DNA of 64,000 nt from a virus (taxonomy: Duplodnaviria; Caudoviricetes), in IMG/VR virus record IMGVR_UViG_2974512403_000001, positions 15,222-79,221 of that record, one strand, 5' to 3'. A model generated the notes under the pieces. The model was not told the DNA's origin and made no database searches. It saw nothing but the letters and a program-made list of their open reading frames with translations. Both the position numbers and the translations under genes were made by a program. Positions 49,847 through 58,962 of the stretch are shown in pieces (positions within the stretch are counted from its first letter, which is position 1; the number at the start of each line of letters is the position of its first letter).

Positions 49847-50458
49847 TTAGGCGCCGGCGTCACTGGGGGTGTACCCTGGGAAGATAAACTTCATCCAATC
49901 ATCAATCTTAAATGCAGTGTTAGCTTCATCGCCCTTAGCGTATGCAACCTTATCGGAAGAACGGTTAACAGCAGTAAACGTTAATGAATCAGCAGCTAAC
50001 TGTTCCGTATCGGTGTTAGTTTGCATGTTGTGTTCTTCAAGACCAAAAGTCCCCTTAACTAACGCTAAATGAAGAATGTTGTTTAGGCGCCCGTGGGTAA
50101 CAAATTCAAGTGCTGAATATGGCGCCCGCGTGTCAGAAGTAACGACTGAGAAGCCTTTAGAATTATCAACACCAGTAATAGCGTCGATGATATCTTCTGG
50201 AATGTCGTTTGCTCCAACGGTCGCAGTGATTGAACCAGTACCCTTACCAGATGTTTCAACCACCATATCAGACCCATAGATCTTAGTCATGGTTGGTGCT
50301 AAACCTGTGATATTACCGACCGTCATACCTTGCGCAGTTGATGCGTTTAGGTTGAAGACGCCGGTAGTACCAATAGCCTTATTCGTTAAATCAATTTTTT
50401 CGGTATCTTGTGTGAAAATAGCGACTTTGGCACTATCAATACCTTTGGTTTTTGCCAT
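49847..50458 (-). CDS. major tail (tube) protein, phi13-like
   Basis: MAKTKGIDSAKVA..., KIYGSD, YSALEF, position. Confidence 0.88.
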   Translation of the reverse strand: MAKTKGIDSAKVAIFTQDTEKIDLTNKAIGTTGVFNLNASTAQGMTVGNITGLAPTMTKIYGSDMVVETSGKGTGSITATVGANDIPEDIIDAITGVDNSKGFSVVTSDTRAPYSALEFVTHGRLNNILHLALVKGTFGLEEHNMQTNTDTEQLAADSLTFTAVNRSSDKVAYAKGDEANTAFKIDDWMKFIFPGYTPSDAGA

Positions 50459-50475
50459 TAGTAATTACCTCTTTC

Positions 50476-50853
50476 TTAATAAATTGTCTTTTTGAAATGG
50501 TAAGTGCTATATAATTGAGACGTGCTAGGGTCTCTATCAATACCGCCACCAATTGTTTGAAACCAACCATTCTTTCTTAACAAGTTCCTGATTGGTCTTT
50601 CGTATAACGCTGTTAAATCTCCATCCGCTTTAACTGGATAAAAGAATTGAACTTGAACTGTCCCGTCATCAGAAATAATATCGTCGCTTCCAAAACCACT
50701 AGGAATACGAGAAATATCATTTACTAAAATGACAATTTTATTCAGCTTTTGTGACTGAATGCTGTGTGGCAGTCCATATGAGAATACATACTTTGGATCA
50801 ATTCCGTCAACTCCAGAGTTGCGGATGATCTCTTTTACATCATTTGAAATCAT
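50476..50853 (-). CDS. tail terminator/completion protein (DUF806-like)
   Basis: VQVQFFY, position. Confidence 0.7.
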   Translation of the reverse strand: MISNDVKEIIRNSGVDGIDPKYVFSYGLPHSIQSQKLNKIVILVNDISRIPSGFGSDDIISDDGTVQVQFFYPVKADGDLTALYERPIRNLLRKNGWFQTIGGGIDRDPSTSQLYSTYHFKKTIY

Positions 50854-51308
50854 TATAGCAACCCCTTTGCATCAAGAATCGCTTTAGCAGTTTGTGTCTG
50901 AGCAGTAAAGATTTGATCATATGGCATCGTCTTTGTTGCGTTCTCAAACCAAAACTGTGCTGGTTGCCTATACGTTCCCCAGTCAGTCCAGACCGCGATT
51001 GGGTAAGCTTTTCTCTCAAACCCAACCTCTGTTGCACCATCAATGAACTGATTAGGCTTATGGGTAATATGATCACGCAAGTGCCCGATTGATTCTCCAT
51101 ATAACTGTTTATCCTTGACGTCTTCAAATTCGTCATATGGTGTGTTATCATATAAGTGTTTTTCAATAATAGGTACAGCAGATTCAACGATTGCGGAACG
51201 TTCTTTTCTTGAAAGTTTAAAATTATCAAGCTTTCTCAATAGCTCGTCTTCACCAGTAACCTCAATTGATCCGAGACCATTAGTTACCAATGTTTTATTA
51301 ACTGCCAA
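50853..51308 (-). CDS. HK97 gp10-like tail completion protein
   Basis: GHLRDHI...WGT..QPAQFW; likely TTG 51308. Confidence 0.75.
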   Translation of the reverse strand: MAVNKTLVTNGLGSIEVTGEDELLRKLDNFKLSRKERSAIVESAVPIIEKHLYDNTPYDEFEDVKDKQLYGESIGHLRDHITHKPNQFIDGATEVGFERKAYPIAVWTDWGTYRQPAQFWFENATKTMPYDQIFTAQTQTAKAILDAKGLL

Positions 51309-51720
51309 CGTCATCATCTCCATATCCGCCAGTAGATGCTTGATTACCACCGTTTTTAACAACTGACTTCAATGATAACAAATCATAAGTGACGATGGCA
51401 GTTGTGTCAGGAACTTTGTAAGTGATAATATAAAACTTACCTCGATACCTAGCCCGATAACTATCATAATCAAAATTAGGGCGGTGTTTAACAGCGATCA
51501 CCATCGTATCTTCCATATCCATACCATTAACACCAACAATGTTTCTGTCTGATACTCGATATGGAGCACAATGGAATGTGTATTTAATTTTAAAGTTGCT
51601 ATCATCTAACGTGTCGGCACCATTATCAATAATGTTACCGTTGGACAGCTCCGTGTATTCATCTGCTACGCCCAAATACACTTTTTCTTTGTATCGCCAC
51701 AGGTCAACCTTATTAGCCAT
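51298..51720 (-). CDS. head closure protein
   Basis: position and size; IAVKHRP. Confidence 0.7.
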   Translation of the reverse strand: MANKVDLWRYKEKVYLGVADEYTELSNGNIIDNGADTLDDSNFKIKYTFHCAPYRVSDRNIVGVNGMDMEDTMVIAVKHRPNFDYDSYRARYRGKFYIITYKVPDTTAIVTYDLLSLKSVVKNGGNQASTGGYGDDDVGS

Positions 51721-51732
51721 TTATGCACCTTC

Positions 51733-52026
51733 TTAAATTGAGAAATTGCGTCCATAGTTGATAACCGTGTCAAGTGACGCAACATTTTGAGTCCCACTTG
51801 TAACAGGAGATCCATCTCTACGTAAGTATGATGCAGTTGCGACCTCTAAGACGGCTGTGTCAATCATGCTTTGATAGTCTTCTTGCCTCTTGTTAAGAAA
51901 CTGGTTGTCTTTTCCTTGAACATATAAATCAACATAGTTCTTAGCGTTATCTAAATAAATCTTAACATCTTCATCGTCATCTGCATTAATATGATTTTTA
52001 AAATCATCGAGAGAAACTGACATCAT
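51733..52026 (-). CDS. head-tail connector (gp6-like)
   Basis: SLDDFKNHI.ADDDED..YLDNAK pattern. Confidence 0.8.
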   Translation of the reverse strand: MMSVSLDDFKNHINADDDEDVKIYLDNAKNYVDLYVQGKDNQFLNKRQEDYQSMIDTAVLEVATASYLRRDGSPVTSGTQNVASLDTVINYGRNFSI

Positions 52027-52060
52027 TGCACCTCCTATGTACCCGTTAAGGGTTTACCCC

Positions 52061-52510
52061 TTAAGCGGTTGGCGTTGCTTTAACTGCTGCCGACTTAGCT
52101 GATTCCCCAGCACCGTTCTTAACCGTTGCTTGGACAGTATATTCAGTACCAGCAGTTAATCCAGTAATTGACCCAGTTAATGAAGTCTTTAAATCTACCG
52201 TTCCATTATTGGTGCCGTCAGTCCAATAAGCAACTCGGTCGGTGATTGCACTGCCTGTATTTTCGCCATCAACTAAAGTAACATCAATTTTGCCAGAACC
52301 AGCGGTTAGCGTTGCGGTTGGTGCTGATGGTACTTTATCTAAAGTTGTAAAATCTGAAATTGTTGTCTTCTCAGATGCACCGGCATATGCAATTTGATAG
52401 CCAGAAACCTTTGTGTTCGGCTTTAACCCAGTAATTGTAACTGGAGATGGCTGATTGTCAATTTTCTTTGCGCCAGCATTGTCGTAAACATCAAAATTTG
52501 CCAAAAACAT
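52061..52510 (-). CDS. tandem fibronectin type III-like protein (virion decoration candidate)
   Basis: ITGLKPNTK and ITGLTAGTEYTVQ repeats; start may be TTG 52504. Confidence 0.75.
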   Translation of the reverse strand: MFLANFDVYDNAGAKKIDNQPSPVTITGLKPNTKVSGYQIAYAGASEKTTISDFTTLDKVPSAPTATLTAGSGKIDVTLVDGENTGSAITDRVAYWTDGTNNGTVDLKTSLTGSITGLTAGTEYTVQATVKNGAGESAKSAAVKATPTA

Positions 52511-52629
52511 AACCTCCTATCGTGAAACCATATGTATGCCCCCGCAATGGGGGTAATCGGATTTACTACTTGGCAACAACCGTTGCACCATCGGCAGTCG
52601 GTGTTACACTAGTCACCGTTGGTGCCGGA

Positions 52630-53910
52630 TTAATTACTCGCAGGCTTAGCTACAACGAATGCTGATGGATTAGTAACAGTACCGTCCATATATCCGTTAA
52701 GAACAACCAAGTGACCACCAGTCATAGCTTGCGTAGTATCTGAAACTACGTGAGTTAACTGTAAGCCTTGCTTGGTCATAATCGTATAACCAGCGTTAAA
52801 GTTACCAAGGATAATTTGACCATCCTTGTTACCGTTCAAGACGTCTGAAACGAACACTGGGATTCCTTGGAAGGAATAACCAGGGCGTACGCCAACTGCA
52901 CCGGCGATAGCCGTTTGCATTTGTGGCTTAAAGATCAAATGTTCGTTGTCGTCATCTTTCAATTTAGAAACAGCATTGAAGGCATCACGAGACATAACGA
53001 AGATCGCTTGATCTAAGTATGCAGGGTTAATTGACATAGTAAAATCAAGCATTTCGTCCAAGGTTGGAGTTGCACCAGCTAAAGTAACGACCTTAACATC
53101 ATCAGCACCAATAACTGGTTTAAACGTCTTGTTGGCGTCTTCGCCAGTCTTAGCACCGACTAATACCGCACGTTCAATAGCTTTACCTAATGAACGACCC
53201 AAACGGCCAATAGCATAATCGACAACGTCCGGTGCACTATCGTTAATCATCATTTCTGATAATTGCAATGCGGCACCGACACGCTTTTGAGTCAAGGTAA
53301 CGTACTTCAAAGTTGGGGTTTGTGCCTTAACAGCTTCGAGTTCACCAACGAAACCATCATCAGAAGTATCGTTTTCACGAACGACTTCCAAGTTACCATT
53401 CATAGAACCAACCTTGTTTGACAAAGCAAACACTGGTGAAGTTTCTTGTAACTTCTGGATAATTGTTTGTGAGACGCTCGTTGGAATTAAAACACCACCG
53501 TTTGATGAAGTACCATTAACAGCATTACCCCATGACAAACCATTGTCAGGAAGATCGCGAGATTCTTGTGGCAAGTCTTTTTGTTCTTTAACAGCTTCCA
53601 CATACTTCTTGGCTGCTTCACTCCCACGTAACTTACCACGGATCATATCAGCGGTGGCACGCTTTTCGAGGGCTTTAAATTGCTTCTTTTCCATTTCCAC
53701 ACTCCGTTCATTGTTTGCTGGAACTGCGTTACGACGTTCTTCGTCCAGTTCAGCAATATCATCGTTAATTTTTGAAATATCGTCTTTAATTGAACGCATT
53801 TCCTTAATTTGATCATCAGTGATCGTCTTATTATCAATGGCGTCTTTAAAACCGCCCAATTTTTCCTTTAAAGCAGTCCGCTTTTCTAAAAGACCTTTCT
53901 TAGTCTTCAT
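52630..53910 (-). CDS. HK97-type major capsid protein
   Basis: N-terminal delta-domain coiled coil, GGVLIP, ILGNF; ATG 53910 after GGAGG. Confidence 0.92.
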   Translation of the reverse strand: MKTKKGLLEKRTALKEKLGGFKDAIDNKTITDDQIKEMRSIKDDISKINDDIAELDEERRNAVPANNERSVEMEKKQFKALEKRATADMIRGKLRGSEAAKKYVEAVKEQKDLPQESRDLPDNGLSWGNAVNGTSSNGGVLIPTSVSQTIIQKLQETSPVFALSNKVGSMNGNLEVVRENDTSDDGFVGELEAVKAQTPTLKYVTLTQKRVGAALQLSEMMINDSAPDVVDYAIGRLGRSLGKAIERAVLVGAKTGEDANKTFKPVIGADDVKVVTLAGATPTLDEMLDFTMSINPAYLDQAIFVMSRDAFNAVSKLKDDDNEHLIFKPQMQTAIAGAVGVRPGYSFQGIPVFVSDVLNGNKDGQIILGNFNAGYTIMTKQGLQLTHVVSDTTQAMTGGHLVVLNGYMDGTVTNPSAFVVAKPASN

Positions 53911-54934
53911 CTGCCATGCCTCCAATTTCTTCATAGAGCTTAGATGCTTCAAGACTCCGTTTTTCTTGCTTCTTTTTTTCGTCGTCTTTCTTGCTTGGTT
54001 TCTTACCAGCCGGAACTTGAACTCCGTCTTTTGGCTTATCATCGTCCGTTTGAGTGTCTTCGGGTGCGTCACCAGAATCGTCTGGTTCTGGAACGTCCGA
54101 GTCATCGTCACGGGCGGATAATACTCCTTGAATACCAGTAAGAATGCTTTGCGTTAAAGTAGCTGCAAAGTCGTCAAGGTCGATAGTTTGTTTTGTGTCA
54201 GTAACTGCATCCTTACCATCTGGTTGATCATCACGCTTTGCTGGCTTTACCACAACTTCATTTGCTGGTAATTTACCGGCACGACGTTCGAGTTCTTCAC
54301 AAAGATCTCTTGTTTCTACACTGTCAAGCTTCAAGTCATTACCCTCCTTTTTAATATTCACAATTTCCGAAACGCTCTTAATGCCTCTTTTTTCAAGGTC
54401 TCTTAGCGTCTTCAATCCACGTGCTTCAATGCTAGAACTTAAATATGCTGGGAATCTAACAGCAGAAACTTCTTTTAGGAACAGTTCGTTGACTGTTCTA
54501 AGAGGAACGCCATCATCAAAGTCTCCGCCATCCATATCCCAACTGTCATCTAGGACGATAAACCCAAAACTCATACTAGTAATAACACCAGTCTTAATTA
54601 ATTCATAGGTGTCTCGCCCATCATTTGTATCTAGGATTTGAGCTTCCATATAAAGCCCTTGGTCGTCTACTCTTAAGACGAGCGATCCGTTTGCAGTAGT
54701 AGCCAGAAGCTTGTCCGAGTCATGCTCAGCGTAAAAGTCGATTATGTCTCCGTCTGAGATTGCAGACTCGAAAGCCGTTGGAGAGATTGTCTCTCGAAAT
54801 GGGCTACCATCAGCCGACATAACTTGACTATAAGACCCGGCTCGGTTAACATATCCAGAAACTTTGAGATTGTCATCGTCAAAAGATAAATCTCTAGTCT
54901 CAAAGCTGAGGGTTCTTAATTCTGTCTTTTTAAT
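53900..54934 (-). CDS. HK97-type prohead protease with acidic C-terminal extension; predicted ATT start
   Basis: VSGYV, FYAEHD, SMSFGF, EVSAVRFPAY; frame open to ATT 54934, 8 nt after AGGAGG. Confidence 0.88.
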   Translation of the reverse strand: MKKTELRTLSFETRDLSFDDDNLKVSGYVNRAGSYSQVMSADGSPFRETISPTAFESAISDGDIIDFYAEHDSDKLLATTANGSLVLRVDDQGLYMEAQILDTNDGRDTYELIKTGVITSMSFGFIVLDDSWDMDGGDFDDGVPLRTVNELFLKEVSAVRFPAYLSSSIEARGLKTLRDLEKRGIKSVSEIVNIKKEGNDLKLDSVETRDLCEELERRAGKLPANEVVVKPAKRDDQPDGKDAVTDTKQTIDLDDFAATLTQSILTGIQGVLSARDDDSDVPEPDDSGDAPEDTQTDDDKPKDGVQVPAGKKPSKKDDEKKKQEKRSLEASKLYEEIGGMADED

Positions 54935-56366
54935 CTTGATTGCCTCCTAACGCATTGTTATCAGCCTTATGTTGATGGCTGTCTTGCTGATTTTTTGTAT
55001 TTGGTGCTTTCTGGGCACCTTTTTCAGGCGATTTGCCAACTGTGGTACTATCAGAGTCAATCGGCGTGTTTGCACCAACATCGGCACCACCAGCAATCCC
55101 AAGGTTAGGAATCTTCATTTCACCAGTCTTAGGATAATACAGAACAGATCCAAGACTTAAATTAATGAAGTCGTCTCCAGCAATGTCTGCGAACCCAAAC
55201 TTGTTTCTGAACTCATCATAAGAAATCAAGCCTTTGTCATAAAGTGCGCCATAAGAAGCAACCTTTTCTTTAAAAGTATTCTGCATGATTGTATCAGTGT
55301 CGAACTTGAAGAAAATTCCGTCTTCTTTTTCGCTCTCTAGCAATAATTCCTTATTGATAGCAGCTTCAAAGCTTGACAGAATCGGTTTCAAACAATACTG
55401 GAAGAATTGGAGGTTATTTTGCTCATTAGAGTTATACTTATTCGCGCTCGCATTGATTAGTGTTTCTGGAATATTGAACATGCGCGCGATTTCGCCAAGC
55501 ATTGCTTTTTTGCTGGAATCTAGTTGCATATTATCTGGATTCGTGCTAATCTGTTTATATTCAAGCCCACCTTCTAAGAACAATGTCTTACCAGCGTTCT
55601 TACTACCCGTATAACTTTGGTTAAACTGCGATTTCAAACGATCTAACGTTTCTTGTGCCACAGTTCTTTGACTAGAAACAGCCCCAACTGGAACGGCGCC
55701 GTTGGCCATTAAGTTCTTTTCGTAGTCTCGTTGCGCCAGCGCTAGTTGTAACGTGGGTGCATAATCCGACATGATACCAGTAGAAGTAATACCGTCTGGG
55801 GTGTCTGAAATAATGTTCATTAGATCATCTTCGTCATAGTTATAACTCCCAGACTGGGAATTATACGTGTAGACACCATAATACTTATACCCACCATAGG
55901 TATAGACTTCAGTTGTCATGTCTTTAGACATTAAGGGGTAAATACCATTAATGTTATTTTTGCTTCTATCTATATACGAGAACGACCTACCATACAGAAG
56001 CAAGTCCTTAACAACTGAGCGCTTATAATTAAAAGCGGACATCGACTCATTAACTTGCGAATTAAGTAATGCTGTACGATAGTCATTCTTAACGGGTAAC
56101 GGGACACCTTCATCGCTATTCTTCATCATAAGAATATCAAGTGACGCAACAGTGTCAGCAACAAGTGCTACTGCGGCACCAAATGATGGAATTGCCATAA
56201 CAGAATCTTCTGTGATTGGCTCTGTGTCTCCGTTTAAAAGCATTGGCCCAGATCCAGTTTGGGATCTTACAAAAGTGCCACCTCGGCTGTCTTGTCCCGG
56301 CTGCTGTTGCGTAAATGGTAAGCTAAAAATATTCTTTAGCGACCATTTATTATTACTCTTAGCGAT
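54930..56366 (-). CDS. HK97-family portal protein; predicted ATC start
   Basis: LLLYGRS, NAGKTLFLEGGLEY, IARMFNIP; frame open to ATC 56366, 8 nt after AAGGGGTG. Confidence 0.9.
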   Translation of the reverse strand: MAKSNNKWSLKNIFSLPFTQQQPGQDSRGGTFVRSQTGSGPMLLNGDTEPITEDSVMAIPSFGAAVALVADTVASLDILMMKNSDEGVPLPVKNDYRTALLNSQVNESMSAFNYKRSVVKDLLLYGRSFSYIDRSKNNINGIYPLMSKDMTTEVYTYGGYKYYGVYTYNSQSGSYNYDEDDLMNIISDTPDGITSTGIMSDYAPTLQLALAQRDYEKNLMANGAVPVGAVSSQRTVAQETLDRLKSQFNQSYTGSKNAGKTLFLEGGLEYKQISTNPDNMQLDSSKKAMLGEIARMFNIPETLINASANKYNSNEQNNLQFFQYCLKPILSSFEAAINKELLLESEKEDGIFFKFDTDTIMQNTFKEKVASYGALYDKGLISYDEFRNKFGFADIAGDDFINLSLGSVLYYPKTGEMKIPNLGIAGGADVGANTPIDSDSTTVGKSPEKGAQKAPNTKNQQDSHQHKADNNALGGNQD

Positions 56367-56384
56367 TTTTAGTTCACCCCTTTG

Positions 56385-58094
56385 TTAGAGCAAGGTGATA
56401 TTGGCCTGTCCACCGATGATATTTGAGAATTCATCAATCTCCCATAGTGACATTGCGTCGACTACGGCTGCGACCATATCAATTTTGCCATTTGATTTTT
56501 TCTTATTTAAGAAATAAGATAGGTTACTGTCTGTAACCATTCTTGCGTTCATAAAGTTCTCTTTAAGCATATCATTCTTGTCATATGCAAAATTTCCATC
56601 TTCGATAGACTCACGAAGCAATTTCGTCCCTGGATATAACCCTTTTGCATTTTGTGGAACCTCAATGCCATCATATCCGGCAGCTAAAAATTTAGCCACC
56701 GTAGATCGTGCGTTCCACTTATCATACCCAAAGCCTTTAATATTGACCCCGTATTTTTCCTCTAACTTAAAGAAGAAGTCTTCAACAAAGCCATAATCAA
56801 TCGTTGTATCTCCAGACGAATAACCCCAACCTTCGTTTTCGCTGTGCTGGTAGTCCCATCCTTCGACCTTTGATTTCTCATTAATTCTCCCGGCTGGGAA
56901 GAACGACCATGCTTTTGCTACATATTTAGCATGACTTTCATCAAATGTAACCATCGCAAGGCCAAAATTATCACGAGATTCGGCGAAATCAAGGCCCACA
57001 AATACATCTTTACCATACCAATCATAACCTTGAACTAATTCTGAATTGTCAAGATCGTTCTCTGTGACAAACTGTTCAGCTTGTGCACCGTCAACGAAGA
57101 TATTCATGAATTTTGTCAAAAAGTTTTGACGTTTATCAGCATAAGTAATGGCATCTTCACGATCTTTAAAAAGCCTTTTCTTAACCGATGGAAATTCTTG
57201 TGAAAGAGGATTGACTTTTATCAGCTCTTTGTCACTAGTCGCCCATTTTTTGGGTTCATCTGGACGATATATCAGAGCAAAATAGGTCGGATCATATAAT
57301 TCTCCATCAACAATCTTGTCCTTGGCACGCTCTATCTCAGCAGTCATAGGATTATGTAATGAATCATACGCAGTTGAAATAATAATGCCGAGCGGGTTTG
57401 AAACAAGGTTTTGCCCAGATTGCATGGCTTGTATAGGATAACCATTTGGCAAAGCTCCAACTTCGTCAGCTAAAAATGCTACTGGTTCACGAGCATCAAG
57501 CCTATTGTTCGAGTTAGCTAGTGGCTTATAAGTATTCTTTGTTACTAAGCAAGTTATTTCCTTATTGGTAACTTTGAAGAACCTTGCTAGTTCTGGAGAA
57601 CCATCAATCAAAGAGTCAACCTGTGTCTTCAATTGAGACGACAATTCTAAGTCTGGAGCGACTGAATAGAACTTTGAATATCTAGGCTCTAAAATTAACA
57701 ATAAGATAAAAACTATAGAACTTATGAAAGTTTTTCCATTCTTGCGTGGGATAAGCATAGTAGCTGTGTTATATCTACGCAAACTATGGTCATCTTTATG
57801 TCTCCAGCAGAAAATATTTACAAAAAAGAACCACTGAAACCCAGCAAGGGCATCATAAGCACTTTCTCCTCGTCTAGGTCCAGTTGCCATAGTGATTAAT
57901 TTAAGTAACTTAGACACCTTATCAAGCGCCCTTATGTCAAAATAGTAGTCGCCTTTTCCGTTTAAACTATCATTAACTTCTCTAATGAAGCGATCGGTGA
58001 CAATTTTTACGTCATTGTTGACGATAATATCGCCATTTTTGATTCCAAGCGCATATTTGTAAGCTGGATGATTAAATATTTCTTTATCGTTCAA
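56385..58094 (-). CDS. terL: terminase large subunit
   Basis: IPRKNGKT Walker A, ADEVG Walker B, GLDFAES, GYDKWN, KIDMVAA; likely TTG 58094 after GAGGTG. Confidence 0.93.
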   Translation of the reverse strand: MNDKEIFNHPAYKYALGIKNGDIIVNNDVKIVTDRFIREVNDSLNGKGDYYFDIRALDKVSKLLKLITMATGPRRGESAYDALAGFQWFFFVNIFCWRHKDDHSLRRYNTATMLIPRKNGKTFISSIVFILLLILEPRYSKFYSVAPDLELSSQLKTQVDSLIDGSPELARFFKVTNKEITCLVTKNTYKPLANSNNRLDAREPVAFLADEVGALPNGYPIQAMQSGQNLVSNPLGIIISTAYDSLHNPMTAEIERAKDKIVDGELYDPTYFALIYRPDEPKKWATSDKELIKVNPLSQEFPSVKKRLFKDREDAITYADKRQNFLTKFMNIFVDGAQAEQFVTENDLDNSELVQGYDWYGKDVFVGLDFAESRDNFGLAMVTFDESHAKYVAKAWSFFPAGRINEKSKVEGWDYQHSENEGWGYSSGDTTIDYGFVEDFFFKLEEKYGVNIKGFGYDKWNARSTVAKFLAAGYDGIEVPQNAKGLYPGTKLLRESIEDGNFAYDKNDMLKENFMNARMVTDSNLSYFLNKKKSNGKIDMVAAVVDAMSLWEIDEFSNIIGGQANITLL

Positions 58095-58221
58095 AATAAT
58101 CACCTCAATATATGTAAAGCCCAACTGTGGCATGGGCCAGCCATTTTATTAACGTTGCTGGTTATAAAAGAACATGGAAAGAAAACACCCAGCCGTTTTA
58201 CTTTATTGGAATTAAGCTACA

Positions 58222-58294
58222 AGCTCCCAGCCGGACTCGAACCGACATTACTAGATTGGAAATCTAGCGTGTTAGCCAATTACACTAGGGGAGC
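58222..58294 (-). tRNA. tRNA-Gly(TCC)
   Basis: CTAGA-TTTCCAA-TCTAG anticodon arm, TTCGAGT T-loop, U73. Confidence 0.88.
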
Positions 58295-58310
58295 GTTTAA
58301 CGTTAGGAAA

Positions 58311-58443
58311 AGCGCGTAAACCCTTTAAGTTATGCTAAACATAATATCCTAATAAGGATTATGTCTCATAAGCCGTTATTGCCACTTACGTTGGTTAGAC
58401 TGGACGTTTGCACTTAGTCTATGGTGACCAACCATAACACGCT
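58311..58443 (-). ncRNA. unassigned four-way-junction RNA
   Basis: closing AGCGTG/CGCGCT and GTTATG/CATAAC helices enclosing three hairpins. Confidence 0.55.
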
Positions 58444-58448
58444 CAGTA

Positions 58449-58519
58449 TGCCTTGTCCCAGAGATGGACTGAGATTTCCTGTTTACAAGACAGGTGTTCT
58501 ACCGTTGAACTAACAAGGC
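58449..58519 (-). tRNA. tRNA-Thr(TGT), degenerate T-loop
   Basis: GCCTTGT/ACAAGGC acceptor, CCTGT-CTTGTAA-ACAGG; T-loop TCCATCT. Confidence 0.75.
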
Positions 58520-58609
58520 TTATATAGCATTGGAAGCAATATGTTACTTCAATCACAGCGCCATCCGTGACAATTCTATACGTTTCTATGGATATTTTTA
58601 GGATTCCAT

Positions 58610-58780
58610 CATCCACTAATAGGCATTTGTACACTCATAAGTCCCCACTTGGGCCACATTGTTAAGAGGTGTGTGGGGTGCGATTGTGTATAGGGTCGGA
58701 TAAGCAGACGTCACTTATCGGGACTAGCGGTCAGATACAAAGCCTCTGCCGGGCAATATGGCGACCCTCCAACCATATCA
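58610..58780 (-). ncRNA. unassigned GC-rich, possibly pseudoknotted RNA
   Basis: ATATGG/CCATAT hairpin whose loop AGGGTCG complements downstream CGACCCT; AGGCTTTGTAT/GTACAAATGCCT long-range helix. Confidence 0.5.
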
Positions 58781-58813
58781 AAAACTAAAATGTAAGTTTT
58801 ATTGGTAATACAA

Positions 58814-58962
58814 CCACCCAGGTGGGTATCGAACCCACGCACAACGAATGCCTTTGCTCAAGCACGCTGTTAGATCTACTATTTTGGTAAAGGCTGATTA
58901 AGACTATGCAGCGACATACCTTTAACCACTCGGAAGATCCGTGTGCTCTCCATAACTGGGTA
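58814..58962 (-). ncRNA. 149-nt tRNA-like RNA (acceptor + T-arm, branched domain replacing D/anticodon arms)
   Basis: TACCCAG/CTGGGTG acceptor, GTGGG-TTCGATA-CCCAC T-arm, internal helices GCACACG/CGTTGTGC, GATCT/AGATC, TGGTTAAAGGT/GCCTTTACCA. Confidence 0.65.

Noticed and set aside
56366-56387. TerL-portal read-through fusion (same frame, single TAA)
   Set aside because: One-in-three chance of being in frame, and a strong RBS with ATC explains portal initiation.
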